Source: Promethearchaeota archaeon | Lineage (GTDB): Archaea > Asgardarchaeota > Lokiarchaeia > Sigyniarchaeales > SOKP01 | DNA: 64,000 bases | Direction: 5' to 3' | Assembly: GCA_048938855.1 (NCBI GenBank) | Contig: JBHLLT010000004.1 | Coordinates: forward strand, 32,001-96,000 | Shown: positions 10,301 to 20,425 of the stretch, piece by piece | How positions within the stretch are numbered: position 1 is the first letter of the stretch | Layout: the number at the start of each line of letters is the position of its first letter | The notes under the pieces: model-generated | What the model was told of the DNA's origin: nothing | Seen by the model: only the letters and a program-made list of their open reading frames with translations | Database searches by the model: none | Program-made: the position numbers and the translations under genes

Positions 10301-11337
10301 CTAAAATTGTTAGTTTTGTTAACCAAGTCTTTATCTCAGCGCCAATAAATTATAAAGATAGTGTTCCGTTTGTTAGAACTATTGAAATTGACTATAATAA
10401 TTTCAATACCAATCCTCCTTCTATAGGAGAAATTTTCAATTTTACTATTTATATTAAAAATCTTGGTCCTAATAATTTAAAAATACCAGATCTTAACATT
10501 TCATTAAATGATCAATTTGGAGATTTAAAGAGGGTAGATCAATTTATACCTCATTTTGAAGATATCTCAGTTAATGAATCAATTTCCTTTAATATTACTT
10601 TAAAAAAGATTGGTTGGAAAGGTTATTTCTATCCTCCAATTAATTTTATTGAGAGTTCAGAAAGTAGAACTATACAGATATCAACATCCTCATTTACAGT
10701 GTTAGGAGAAATAAATTTTACAATCATTAAATCTGTAAATAAAGACCAAATTGAAATAGGAGATCGCATTATAGTAAGTATAGAAATAGAAAATACAGGG
10801 TCAATTTGTATTGAAGATATAAAAATCAATGATAGGATTAGCTACTCGCAAGTAGATTTCTCGCTAATAGAAGGAAATTTACTTAATGTGATAAATTCTT
10901 TGGATCCAGGTGAAAAAATAACTGTTAATTATACCATTAAAGGCAAAAGACAAAATGTTGTAAGTTTAAATCCAGCAAGTATTGAGTTTTACTACTTGCA
11001 TAAAAAGACTGTGTTTTCAAATATAGTTATAATAAAAATTATAACTCCAAAATCAAGACAGTTTCTTTATATTTCTTTGCCAATTTTAATTGGTCTTGCA
11101 TCCTTGAGTATTTACTTCTGGCAAATTAAAAAATATAAGAAAAAGAAAATCGCTTATGAGAGATCTGAGAAAAGTATTTTTGAACTCAGCTCAAGAGAAT
11201 CGATTCTCAAGATAAATCAGACTTTAAGAGAAAGATTAAACATTATATTAAAAGCATCTAGAGAACAATCTCCTGATGTGGAGAAGAATGAAGAGCTTAA
11301 GAGATTGACAAATGATAATAAAAAGAGGGAGATATAA
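7363..11337 (+). CDS. Large secreted, C-terminally membrane-anchored glycoprotein with Ig-like (DUF11/CARDB/BatD-like) repeats
   Basis: TTG start after AGGAGGT; signal peptide; repeated 'I.I.N.G...' beta-sandwich motifs (e.g. KSVNKDQIEIGDRIIVSIEIENTG); many N-x-S/T sequons; TM segment followed by a basic cytoplasmic tail. Confidence 0.75.
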   Translation: MRKNKLIILSIMLSLIFLTPINFSLENNIIKLNNEEVNALDLEDDNLNQSDVAGSDLYAEKINAFIAGNKSIIKQSLFTNDTNILSQFDSRDPAFYKCNVIISVSNGINPEIFPNILTESNIPSQYHVGFNDFVGFLFYNKDLNVQDAEMRAERALEIIKQKFQIDLIMVNASEPNFFPFVGSCPNWDCFFEELIHNFPMDGYWSALDINRLTSQSYTQNHHLSSTFMLLNSLNFFEGDFDISTDQINFNIESLDLSFLENLELQNLVDQLDTVLKNYGDIFNATISEEELEQFIEIFSTFTLSNNSHYTSISIQYEGLEEGIQKVGKNQFKFNLWDALGYKGDPLSPSEKIYIALIGAFMSGIEINILGTEIVDMTPNNFKFSDYLLEQIGLLFHLAGIDFNTQDLKDYSFDLFWVDIEGIKRSYVIPVNLQNPTDIINFLQQVGFQGFSSIPTGILNPINDLSITYKISNSEPNILLKKELIGGNASFGAFQNFSYYISAENVGNVTAWGVPTQIPFELNDFFLLITLGNQPLADEFQDAIWEVVRIEYPNQYDSLEDFFNFDEDPRIFYFDSFGTGTFDTFYPDLLNFTNLSPYNRDMDHVIDIIITGYPQLITALTVLGMTPSDLKDYFTNSYSVWNEENWELAPGEILSYKINNFSISNLDTFTPFYLNNFTIHTTPTTPEIISGIPLEGTSPEAALSKDEESWILGSVESFSEEKVEINFIFKNDTNIDFTNNKLERVSFKVDINSSINLDASNFEVFDFNVEEFKDMTPYLDNNINNSWTFSIINQNKNLDWLFYPLDQQNYTVLFKIICSNSGVFNISINDLDIEFSVRDINFNNDPGSRVIYSSSLGYIQFERTSNSVPLCTYDGTSIVVDAYLSNYSSTPGELNTYFINFKNIGSQSAKNITISMLIPGIINSINNFTLINNNLSYHLAELAPSEERTINYSFFVPNSISFSKISIIYHNPKNIEGSNTSKIVSFVNQVFISAPINYKDSVPFVRTIEIDYNNFNTNPPSIGEIFNFTIYIKNLGPNNLKIPDLNISLNDQFGDLKRVDQFIPHFEDISVNESISFNITLKKIGWKGYFYPPINFIESSESRTIQISTSSFTVLGEINFTIIKSVNKDQIEIGDRIIVSIEIENTGSICIEDIKINDRISYSQVDFSLIEGNLLNVINSLDPGEKITVNYTIKGKRQNVVSLNPASIEFYYLHKKTVFSNIVIIKIITPKSRQFLYISLPILIGLASLSIYFWQIKKYKKKKIAYERSEKSIFELSSRESILKINQTLRERLNIILKASREQSPDVEKNEELKRLTNDNKKREI

Positions 11338-14300
11338 ATGAATAAGAAACAAAGACAATCTATTATTTTATTAATTGTTTTAATAATTTCCTATACTAGC
11401 GTTCTTCATAAATTTTCAAATTCAGATAAAATAGTTAATGAAGGATCACAATCTCCTCAGAAGGAACCTACTCCTTTAAGATCTGGTATTTATAATAAAA
11501 ATGTTATAGTTTCTTTTAAGAAACAATCATACAATAGTTCAGTTACATCTCGTTTTGAATATTATGGAGGAATTATTAAAGAAGAATGGAATAACAAATT
11601 TTCTACGATTTCAGGTTTTGCAGGAATTATGCCCTTGGAAGCAAACAAAACATCTTTTCAAAATAAGTTTCCAGATGCTACTGTCGAAAATGATGAAATT
11701 TTAGAAGCTCAAATGAATTATGCTTCAATTCAGTCTGAAGCAGTTAATTCAACTTGGTATTTAAATGGATTTAAAGGTAATACCAATTCTTCTGTAGCAG
11801 TATTAGATACAGGAATCAATCCTAATCATAATTTCTTTCCAAATGGCTACAGTTCATCAGATCTTAGTGGAAATATTGTAGGATGGCAAAATTTTGTAGA
11901 TTCACAACCTATTTCAGATGATAATGGTCATGGCACTTTAATATCTTCAATTATCTCTGGAACTGGTACAGATTCATATAATTCGATAAATCCTTCAATA
12001 ATCAAAATTAAAGGGAATTATTCTCACACTGAATTATTTGATGAATATTCAGCTCCAAGAAATTATACTTTAAAATTATTCACTTTTAATGCTTCAAAAG
12101 TAGGTTCAAATATTTTAATAAATTCATCATGGAAACTGGAAGAACAAGGAATAGATAAGTTTTGGTTTGAATTATATTATAATAATTCATTAGTACAATA
12201 CTCGTATAATGAAATACAAGATATTTATTACATAATTAACCATGCACTCAATCTAGATAATTTAGGTATTTATGATTTATATTTAAAATATCACAAACTA
12301 TTACAAGCCAAACCTGTCTTTTCTTTTAACATAGAAGTATCTATTTTCCCAGAATTTCCTATTATAAATAGAAACCATTTCACAGGTTTGGCAAATGGGA
12401 CAAAAATAGTAGCATATAAAATTTTAAACCAGTCTGGTAAGGGTTATACCTCAGATTTAATAACAGCACTAGCTAGTGTAATAGAAAATCGAGAAATTGA
12501 TCATATAATAAGTGTATGCCTTAGTATAGGAACATTAGGAATAGACATTAAAACAATAAATACTGTGATAGATGATGTGGTGGATAGTGGAATACTTGTT
12601 GTAATTGCTGCTGGAAATTATGGTGTTAAAACCTCAGAATCTTTGAATAAATTAGGACAAAATAAAAAAGCTATAGTAGTCGGGGCCATTAATGATAAGG
12701 ATCAAGTTACATCTTATAGCAGTATGGGAAAAGATATTGAAAACATTATTAAGCCGGATATTGTTGCTCCTGGGGGTAGCAAAATATCAGGTCATCGTTC
12801 AATTATTGGTGCTAGTGATGAGATTGATAAAGCTACTCCTTCTTATGGAACTTCAATTGCTTCAGCGATAATTTCCGCAGCAGTGAATATCTTAATTGAA
12901 GCAAGATGGACAGATTGGAATCAATGGAATAATCTTGATTTAACAACATGGGTGAAATACATTAAGGCGATTTTATTAATGACAGCTTCAGAAACAAATC
13001 TTGATAGAGAAAATGACCCTTTTACATCCGCTAATGAAAGTGATTATTCTCCATCAATATCTACAGCTCCAATGACAGGTGGTTTAAAAGACATACATGA
13101 AGGTTATGGAAGATTGAATATTCAGGCTGCTATCGATGCGTTAGTTAAAACTATTGAAGTAAATAGTATAACTAGCGGCCATTTGATAAGTTCACAAGAT
13201 AATCCACTTGGTACACATGTTTTTGCACGTCAAATTGATTTAAATGAAGATACTCAATATTCATTTACATTATCAACAGATAGTTCTGATGCTGATTTTG
13301 ACCTGTTTTTATTTTCAAATGAATCTAATCAATATGGTGAACCAATTCTTCTCCAATCATCTAAAAAATGGTATGGTGATTTTGATAATTTCTATTTTAC
13401 TCCTAAAAATAACCAGACTACCTGTATTGTAATTGTAAAAGCAATTGACGGAAGTAGCGATTTTAATTTAAACATATCAACTGTTAAAAACGTTTTTAAA
13501 CCAGAATTAAAAATTGCAGAAATAAATTATAATGGAGGTTCTAAAAACACAACTGTGATGAGTCTTCAGGAATTTATTGGAGGTGACCCAAAGAAGAACT
13601 ATACTATTGACAGTTATAGGTTCTATATTGAATACTTCGATAATGATACATCGAATGTTCCGCCTCAAGAGATATATGTTTCAATTGTAGAATTATCCAA
13701 AAATTATACTTTAACCCAACTTTATCCGCCAGATAATATATACACCGATGGAGCGATATTTGTTAGCAACTATATTCAATTTCCGAGATCTGGAATATTT
13801 AACTACTTGTTTTTTGCTAGTGACGGAAATTTTAAAATAAGATATCCAGAGTCAAAATTACTTAATATTACAATTGAATTTCCAACAGATAGTATTCAGT
13901 TTCCAAATTTTCATAGTTTCAATGATGGAATGGGTAACTGGACTCATACCGGTACTGGTTGGGAGATTATGTCACAGAGCAATGTAAAAGATAATAGATC
14001 ACGATTATATCAAGACACTTGGGATTCTATGTATTTCGGAACTTATCATAATAGCCCAAATAATTATACATACCAACCTATTAGATTAACTGAAGATCCT
14101 TATCCAAATGGCACATTATATAGCCCATTATATAACTTAACAGTTATTGATCAAAATTTTAGTCAACCTTTTGTTAAATTTGGATTTAGAGCAAGTATCA
14201 ATTCAGGCGATTATGTTTATTTACAAATTAATCTAAATTGGACAGGTTGGATAACTCTTAGAACATATACAAATATAGAACAGGAATGGTTTATGGAAAG

Positions 14301-16164
14301 TATTAATTTAACTCAATATATAGGCAATTTTATTCAGTTTCGATTTGAAACATCTATAGATGATGCATTTGATTCGATTAATTATAAAGGATTTATTTTA
14401 GATTATTTTGCGATTGTAAATTATACAAATGAGAATGCTCCCATAATAAATTTCAATTTAAATAGAGATCTTTCCTCAACCCAAGATTCGCGATACCAAA
14501 AATATAGGTTTTCTCTTGAATATTTTGATTTAGACAATAATTATCCTGAATTTGTTTTTCTTGAGATGGATGGTACTAATTACTCCATGTACAACATTTA
14601 TGGTGATTGGAATGCTAGCTCAACTGGTATAGAAGATATGGGAATTTATTTTAGCAGATCAATGTTATTAGAAGAAATTTCCAATCAATCATTTAGATTT
14701 CATGCTTCAGATGGAAAATTTTCAATTAAGAGCTCTTGGTATAACAGAAATAATTCGTTATTTACGTTTATCAATCCAATTCCTTTACAATTTAATTTAT
14801 ATAAGGATGGAAAATTTATTGGTTTTGAATTTTCGAATACAGACTTAGATGATTATTATGTTTCGGGAACTCCTACCCCTAAACAAAATACTGCTTGGTT
14901 TAAAGCAGATAATACTTGGCATCCTATAACTCGGATTAGTCAAAATTATATATATGGGGGAAGAGGTCAGAGTTTTGGAGGCTTTGAGCAAGGTTACGGG
15001 AGGAATTGGGATAGCAATTTGATAACTCACCTTTTGCATTTAAGAAGTGAATATAAGGTATATCTTGAATTTGATTATGAAATATCTTTACAAAATGAAT
15101 TTTATCAAGCCGAAGATCAGCTAGATAAATGTATAATTTCAATATCTACAGATTTTGGCGATACATGGATTGTTTTAAGAGAATTTACATATGATGACGA
15201 AGATCTCTCTGGAAGCAAAAAATTTGATATTTCTCAATATTCTGGAGAAGATATAATTGTAATGTTCACTCTACATTCAAATAATAATGTAATTGGATTG
15301 GGATATGGTTGGTTAATTGCTAATATATATATAGGTTATGATAAATCATCAGACTTTGTGCCTCCCGAAATTTCAATATTAAATCCTGAACCGGATATAA
15401 ATGTTAATTCAAAAATTTCAATTAGAGCAAATATTATTGATAATACTGAATTGGATGAGTCAAAATTTTATATACTTCTAAATAATAAGAGTGTTGATAG
15501 AACTAAACTTTTTTATGATAGTAATACAAGTATCTTAGAATTTAATTGGAATACAGTAAAATACAATGATGGACAGTATGAGATTAGGATTGTAGCTTAT
15601 GATAAAGAAGGGAATAAAGGAGAGTCATATATAAATGTAATAGTAAATAATGGAAGATGGTGGCTTTTATGGGGACCTTATATTATTCTGATAGGTGCGA
15701 TAACTATCGTAGCGATATTGCTTTTTGTTATCGCGGAGAAGAAAGGTAAGATTTGGGTTCAAAACATTAGAAATTTACGAGTTGAAAAGGTTAGACTTAA
15801 AGATATTGATAAAGATCAAGTCATTAAGCGAATAGAATTAATTGAACCTGAAGAAGAACTTCAACGACCTTTAACATTATTCTGCAAATCATGTAGATCT
15901 TGGTTTATTTCACATAAATTTGATATTATGTGTCCTGTTTGTGAACATGATCAAATTTTTGTTGCATATAACTGCCTAAATTGCGGAAAATGGTCACTGA
16001 AAGATGAACCTGGAGAAAATTATTATTGCAAAAATAAAAAGTGCGAAGGTGTTAGATTAGTCAGAAAGGAAAAAGATGAAATTGAAGGAATTTTGGCCAA
16101 GGAAGGTAAATTTCCAAGAGATTTTGAGAGTAAAAAAAAGAAATTTAGTATATTAGATCTGTAA
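11338..16164 (+). CDS. Membrane-anchored S8 subtilisin-like serine protease with propeptide, accessory beta domains and cytoplasmic double Zn ribbon
   Basis: Triad motifs VAVLDTG, DDNGHGT and YGTSIAS; oxyanion VIAAGN; KPDIVAPG; GYGRLN; C-terminal TM followed by CKSC/CPVC/CLNC/CKNKKC. Confidence 0.9.
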   Translation: MNKKQRQSIILLIVLIISYTSVLHKFSNSDKIVNEGSQSPQKEPTPLRSGIYNKNVIVSFKKQSYNSSVTSRFEYYGGIIKEEWNNKFSTISGFAGIMPLEANKTSFQNKFPDATVENDEILEAQMNYASIQSEAVNSTWYLNGFKGNTNSSVAVLDTGINPNHNFFPNGYSSSDLSGNIVGWQNFVDSQPISDDNGHGTLISSIISGTGTDSYNSINPSIIKIKGNYSHTELFDEYSAPRNYTLKLFTFNASKVGSNILINSSWKLEEQGIDKFWFELYYNNSLVQYSYNEIQDIYYIINHALNLDNLGIYDLYLKYHKLLQAKPVFSFNIEVSIFPEFPIINRNHFTGLANGTKIVAYKILNQSGKGYTSDLITALASVIENREIDHIISVCLSIGTLGIDIKTINTVIDDVVDSGILVVIAAGNYGVKTSESLNKLGQNKKAIVVGAINDKDQVTSYSSMGKDIENIIKPDIVAPGGSKISGHRSIIGASDEIDKATPSYGTSIASAIISAAVNILIEARWTDWNQWNNLDLTTWVKYIKAILLMTASETNLDRENDPFTSANESDYSPSISTAPMTGGLKDIHEGYGRLNIQAAIDALVKTIEVNSITSGHLISSQDNPLGTHVFARQIDLNEDTQYSFTLSTDSSDADFDLFLFSNESNQYGEPILLQSSKKWYGDFDNFYFTPKNNQTTCIVIVKAIDGSSDFNLNISTVKNVFKPELKIAEINYNGGSKNTTVMSLQEFIGGDPKKNYTIDSYRFYIEYFDNDTSNVPPQEIYVSIVELSKNYTLTQLYPPDNIYTDGAIFVSNYIQFPRSGIFNYLFFASDGNFKIRYPESKLLNITIEFPTDSIQFPNFHSFNDGMGNWTHTGTGWEIMSQSNVKDNRSRLYQDTWDSMYFGTYHNSPNNYTYQPIRLTEDPYPNGTLYSPLYNLTVIDQNFSQPFVKFGFRASINSGDYVYLQINLNWTGWITLRTYTNIEQEWFMESINLTQYIGNFIQFRFETSIDDAFDSINYKGFILDYFAIVNYTNENAPIINFNLNRDLSSTQDSRYQKYRFSLEYFDLDNNYPEFVFLEMDGTNYSMYNIYGDWNASSTGIEDMGIYFSRSMLLEEISNQSFRFHASDGKFSIKSSWYNRNNSLFTFINPIPLQFNLYKDGKFIGFEFSNTDLDDYYVSGTPTPKQNTAWFKADNTWHPITRISQNYIYGGRGQSFGGFEQGYGRNWDSNLITHLLHLRSEYKVYLEFDYEISLQNEFYQAEDQLDKCIISISTDFGDTWIVLREFTYDDEDLSGSKKFDISQYSGEDIIVMFTLHSNNNVIGLGYGWLIANIYIGYDKSSDFVPPEISILNPEPDINVNSKISIRANIIDNTELDESKFYILLNNKSVDRTKLFYDSNTSILEFNWNTVKYNDGQYEIRIVAYDKEGNKGESYINVIVNNGRWWLLWGPYIILIGAITIVAILLFVIAEKKGKIWVQNIRNLRVEKVRLKDIDKDQVIKRIELIEPEEELQRPLTLFCKSCRSWFISHKFDIMCPVCEHDQIFVAYNCLNCGKWSLKDEPGENYYCKNKKCEGVRLVRKEKDEIEGILAKEGKFPRDFESKKKKFSILDL

Positions 16165-16187
16165 AAAATATAAAAAAGTAGAAAAAG

Positions 16188-19172
16188 ATGGACTTAAGAA
16201 ATTTCTTATATAAACTGAAAAAAAGGTTTAATCTGCAAATTCTCAAACATTCTTTACTCGATCTTAAACGAGATAAAGCAAAGGCGATCTTTGGAGTATG
16301 TGGAATTGCAATTTCATTATTTTTATTAACAACTATTGGAATGCTAAATGATACTGTGAACTATAATTATCTATTATACGTAACATCATCGACTGGAAAA
16401 TCAGATATTATGATCTCAAGAACAATACAAACAGATTTGACGTATGATCCTTTTTTTGATGAAAATGTTATTGATAATGAATTACAGGATATTGAAGGTG
16501 TCCAAGAATTATTCCCGCGTATTTTAATGTTAGTAGAGACAACTTCAGAAAATATTAATACTAGTGGGTCGCTTCAAATGTATGGTCTTGACTTTATTAA
16601 AGAAGCTACTAATGGAAATATGGGAGACTTGATAATTGTAAATGATGAAGGAGAAGAAACTAATGAAATTTATAATGATGAACCAGATAATAATGAATGC
16701 GTCATATTATGGAATGTTGCTCAGATACTTAATGTAAGTAGAGGAGATAGTATATCTTTAAAATACCAATCTTACGAATTAAATTTAACTGTCGCTGAAA
16801 TATGTATCCAAGACCTAAAATTCACACAATTTGAAACTTCTCTAATTCTTGTTAACATACAGCAAGCTCAAAACTTTTTGCGCCGGAATGGTTTAATAAA
16901 TTTAGTAGTAGGTACGATCAACAATCCTCGAAGTGTTTATGATGCTAGTAATTTAGATTTAACAACTAGAAGGCTCCGAAATATCGGTTCTAACATACAA
17001 GAAAGATTAGATCTCAATGAATTTACTGTAAGTTTACCAAAATTGGAGCAATTAGAAGGAGGCCAATTCCTTTTGATGACTGTAACAATAATGTTTTGGT
17101 TTATAACAATTCTTTCTACTCTTATAACGAGTATTTTGATTAATAGCATTTTATCTACTTCAGTAGAAGAAAGAATTAGAGAATTTGGAGTAGTTCGCGT
17201 TGTCGGGAGTAAAAAAGCATATGCCATTAAAATGGTTTTATTTGAAGGATTAATGTTAGGTTTAATTGGATCGATTCTAGGAATGATTCTTGGATTTACT
17301 TTGATGAAACCAATTGCTCAAATTATATTCCCTATATATCATTTTCAATTTGAGTTTGCTGAAGTTGAATGGGTCATTCAACCCGATACACTTTTAATGG
17401 CATTTTCAATTGGAACTTTTGTATCATTGGCTGTAGCCTTAATACCTGCTTTAAAAACGGCAAAAATGGATATTATTAAATCAATAACTCCCTTTCAAAC
17501 GAAAGAAGAAGGTTGGGTAATAAAAAAGGAGGGGAGTATGAATGTTAAAAGTTTTCTTACGGGAATCGCGATAGCTACCATTGGAATGATAGTTTTTGTC
17601 CTTATGCCAAATATTTTTGTTACAGGTGATTTTATGTTAACATCAGCATTATTTATTGGTCTACTAGCAGCAATTGTTATCGGATTGGTTTTTGCCTCAA
17701 TAGGAATAATCCCTTTAATACAAAAAATCTTTTTAGGTATAATTTCACCGGCTATTAGAAAATATAGTAGCATCATAAATATTTCACTAAAGCGCTATCG
17801 AAGGCGAAATACAAGTACAGTAATTATGTTTGCAATCAGTTTTTCTTTTATTTTCTTTATTACTAGTGTTACAAAAATGGAGTCTAGTAATATGGATCTA
17901 AATTTAAGATTTCAATATGGATCTGATTTAGTTCTAGTAAATGAAAATTTCCATACTCCAGAAACTGCTTTGACACTTGAAATGGTTGAAGAATTAGAAG
18001 CATTGCCAGGAGTAGATAAGCTTGCTATATCACTTCATAATACATTTGATCTGCAAGCTACTTTGGCTACTTTATTTGATGTAAGTGAAGGTCAAGTAGG
18101 TTTTAGTAGTGAGTCCCAAGAACAACTGATGACTATTTTTCAATATATTGGACAGGAAGATAATACAAAAATAAAAACAACTGCTGGAGATATGATGGAT
18201 TTTGATGTTGTGGAAGCGGGATTTATTGGAATAAATGAAGATTTTGTTGATTTAATAGATAAGAACCTATTAATCTGGAGTAGTAGTGGTAGTAATACAG
18301 AATATTCCTTTAATGAATTATTCGCTCATAACAATACTTGTATAATAGCTAAATCTATAGCAGATTATATAGGCGTTAAAGAAGTTGGTGAATTTGTTAG
18401 AATAACTTTTTATAGGCCAGAGGATTATGACAATGGACCCTTAGCTCCTGGGAACGTGACTCTTTTTCGAGTTGTAGGAATTTCAGGTGGAATTCCCGGT
18501 TTCTTTAACTTTCGAAGTAATGAAATGTCTGCTAATGGCGGGGGTGTTATGGTATCTTTAGATAATTACATGCGTCTGATGAAAGTTGAAAATCCAGGAG
18601 AAGCTAATATGGTTATTGATAAAATATTTTTAAATCTTGTAGATGAATCCCAGGAAAACATCAAAGACACAAAAGATGAGATTAACAATATGTATAAGGA
18701 TAAAGATATAATTATTGATGATGCTATAACAAAAATCAATTTCTTTAAATCAATGACAGAAAGACAGTCTTTTCTTATGGAATTAATTTTAACCTTTACT
18801 ATAATAATTAGCATTTTTGGTCTTGTAAGCAGTATGTATGCCGTCGTATTAGAGAGGAAATTTGAAATTGGAATACTCCGATCAATGGGGATGAAAACAA
18901 GAAATGTCCGTAATATGTTTCTAATTGAAAGTATGATAATATTACTTTCTGCGGGAGTTATGGGAACGATAATAGGTACTTATACCGGATATCTACTTCA
19001 ATCTAACATGAGTTTAATGACAGAAATGCCCATAGTATTCTCAATTCCTATGGATACATTATTTAGGGTGTTTATCTTATCAATTTCTTTTGCATTCCTT
19101 GGAACATATATAATCTTAGTAAAATACTTCTATAAGAAAAGTATAATGGATATATTCCGGCAAACATTTTAA
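16188..19172 (+). CDS. Second FtsX/MacB-like ABC permease, paralog of 4396-7347
   Basis: SVEERIREFGVVRVVGS and VLERKFEIGILRSMG; same architecture and similar C-terminus (IFRQTF vs IYRETV). Confidence 0.92.
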   Translation: MDLRNFLYKLKKRFNLQILKHSLLDLKRDKAKAIFGVCGIAISLFLLTTIGMLNDTVNYNYLLYVTSSTGKSDIMISRTIQTDLTYDPFFDENVIDNELQDIEGVQELFPRILMLVETTSENINTSGSLQMYGLDFIKEATNGNMGDLIIVNDEGEETNEIYNDEPDNNECVILWNVAQILNVSRGDSISLKYQSYELNLTVAEICIQDLKFTQFETSLILVNIQQAQNFLRRNGLINLVVGTINNPRSVYDASNLDLTTRRLRNIGSNIQERLDLNEFTVSLPKLEQLEGGQFLLMTVTIMFWFITILSTLITSILINSILSTSVEERIREFGVVRVVGSKKAYAIKMVLFEGLMLGLIGSILGMILGFTLMKPIAQIIFPIYHFQFEFAEVEWVIQPDTLLMAFSIGTFVSLAVALIPALKTAKMDIIKSITPFQTKEEGWVIKKEGSMNVKSFLTGIAIATIGMIVFVLMPNIFVTGDFMLTSALFIGLLAAIVIGLVFASIGIIPLIQKIFLGIISPAIRKYSSIINISLKRYRRRNTSTVIMFAISFSFIFFITSVTKMESSNMDLNLRFQYGSDLVLVNENFHTPETALTLEMVEELEALPGVDKLAISLHNTFDLQATLATLFDVSEGQVGFSSESQEQLMTIFQYIGQEDNTKIKTTAGDMMDFDVVEAGFIGINEDFVDLIDKNLLIWSSSGSNTEYSFNELFAHNNTCIIAKSIADYIGVKEVGEFVRITFYRPEDYDNGPLAPGNVTLFRVVGISGGIPGFFNFRSNEMSANGGGVMVSLDNYMRLMKVENPGEANMVIDKIFLNLVDESQENIKDTKDEINNMYKDKDIIIDDAITKINFFKSMTERQSFLMELILTFTIIISIFGLVSSMYAVVLERKFEIGILRSMGMKTRNVRNMFLIESMIILLSAGVMGTIIGTYTGYLLQSNMSLMTEMPIVFSIPMDTLFRVFILSISFAFLGTYIILVKYFYKKSIMDIFRQTF

Positions 19173-19203
19173 AACCCTTTTTTTTCCTGTTAAGGAAGTT
19201 TCA

Positions 19204-19791
19204 TTATGAATTTTCTTTTAAAAAATTTATAAACTTACTCCATGCTTGCCCTCTATGAGAGATTAAATTCTTCTCCTCCATAGTTAATTCAGCAAAGGTC
19301 TTATTGGGTATCTTATTAGGAAGAAAAATTGGATCAAATCCGAAACCTCCTGAACCTCTTGCAGTATTTGATACTTTTCCATAAACTTTGCCTTCAAAAA
19401 TCAATTTTTTATCTAGAGGTTTAAAATAGAGTGCGATAATCGAAGTAAAATGAGCTTGTGAATCATTAAAATTATTTATTAATTTTAATATTCCTTTATT
19501 CCCAAGAGTCTTCATAACATAAGATGAATACACTCCTGGAAATCCATTCAGAGGAATATCAACAAAAAAGCCAGCATCTTCTATGAAATACGACCCATTC
19601 AAATGTCCTTCTATACTCTGTAATTTATGTAACGCCACTTCTTCAATGCTTTTCGCTTGTATTTCAATTGTTTTGATATTTTTATGTTTTAAAGTATAGT
19701 TTAAATATTCGCTTTTAAAGAGTGTGGAGATTTCACTATATTTGTGAATATTTCCAGTTACAAAATAGATAATTTTCTGATTCATGTTCAT
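19204..19791 (-). CDS. rdgB: XTP/dITP diphosphatase (Ham1/RdgB)
   Basis: VTGNIHK, EDAG, GFPGVYS, GFGFDPIF, KNLISHRG motifs. Confidence 0.95.
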   Translation of the reverse strand: MNMNQKIIYFVTGNIHKYSEISTLFKSEYLNYTLKHKNIKTIEIQAKSIEEVALHKLQSIEGHLNGSYFIEDAGFFVDIPLNGFPGVYSSYVMKTLGNKGILKLINNFNDSQAHFTSIIALYFKPLDKKLIFEGKVYGKVSNTARGSGGFGFDPIFLPNKIPNKTFAELTMEEKNLISHRGQAWSKFINFLKENS

Positions 19792-19949
19792 ATTAAGTAT
19801 AAGGTCTTAAAGTTTATTTAGATATTCGAGTGCAATGAAGATTGAATCGTTTAATGTTATGAACATTACAAAAGTTTATTTTGTATATTTCTTTATTAAT
19901 TTTATATTATATCCTATAAGAAACGCAACCTATAAGGAAGAACGCAAAA

Positions 19950-20408
19950 ATGGCTCGGATGCATTCAAGAAAACGTGGAAAATCAGGCAGTAGACGCCCG
20001 GCTAGATTAGAAAAACCTACATGGGTTGAACCCTCTCCTGAAGAAGTTGAAAGTGAAGTTGTTAAATTAGCGAGAAGAGGACAATCAAGTTCAATGATAG
20101 GAACTTTAATGAGAGATTCACGGGGTGTACCATTAGTTAAATTAGTTACTGGTAAAAAAATTACTCAAATTCTTGAAGAAAATGAAATTCAATCTCCTTT
20201 ACCGGAAGATCTCGCAAATTTAGTTAGAAAAGCACTGAATGTTAGAAAACACCTCGAAACAAACCATAAAGATTTACAAACGAAAAAAGGGCTGAACAGA
20301 ACAGAATCTAAAATATATCGACTAATTAAATATTACAAAAAAAAGAAGAAACTTCCACAAGATTTCAAATATGATCCCGAAAAGATAAGAACTTTAGTAG
20401 CACGATAA
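19950..20408 (+). CDS. rps15: 30S ribosomal protein uS15 (S15P/S13e)
   Basis: MARMHSRKRGKSGS...PEDL..L..KA...RKHL..N.KD...ESKI.RL..YY. Confidence 0.97.
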   Translation: MARMHSRKRGKSGSRRPARLEKPTWVEPSPEEVESEVVKLARRGQSSSMIGTLMRDSRGVPLVKLVTGKKITQILEENEIQSPLPEDLANLVRKALNVRKHLETNHKDLQTKKGLNRTESKIYRLIKYYKKKKKLPQDFKYDPEKIRTLVAR

Positions 20409-20425
20409 ATGGAGGTTTTAAATCA

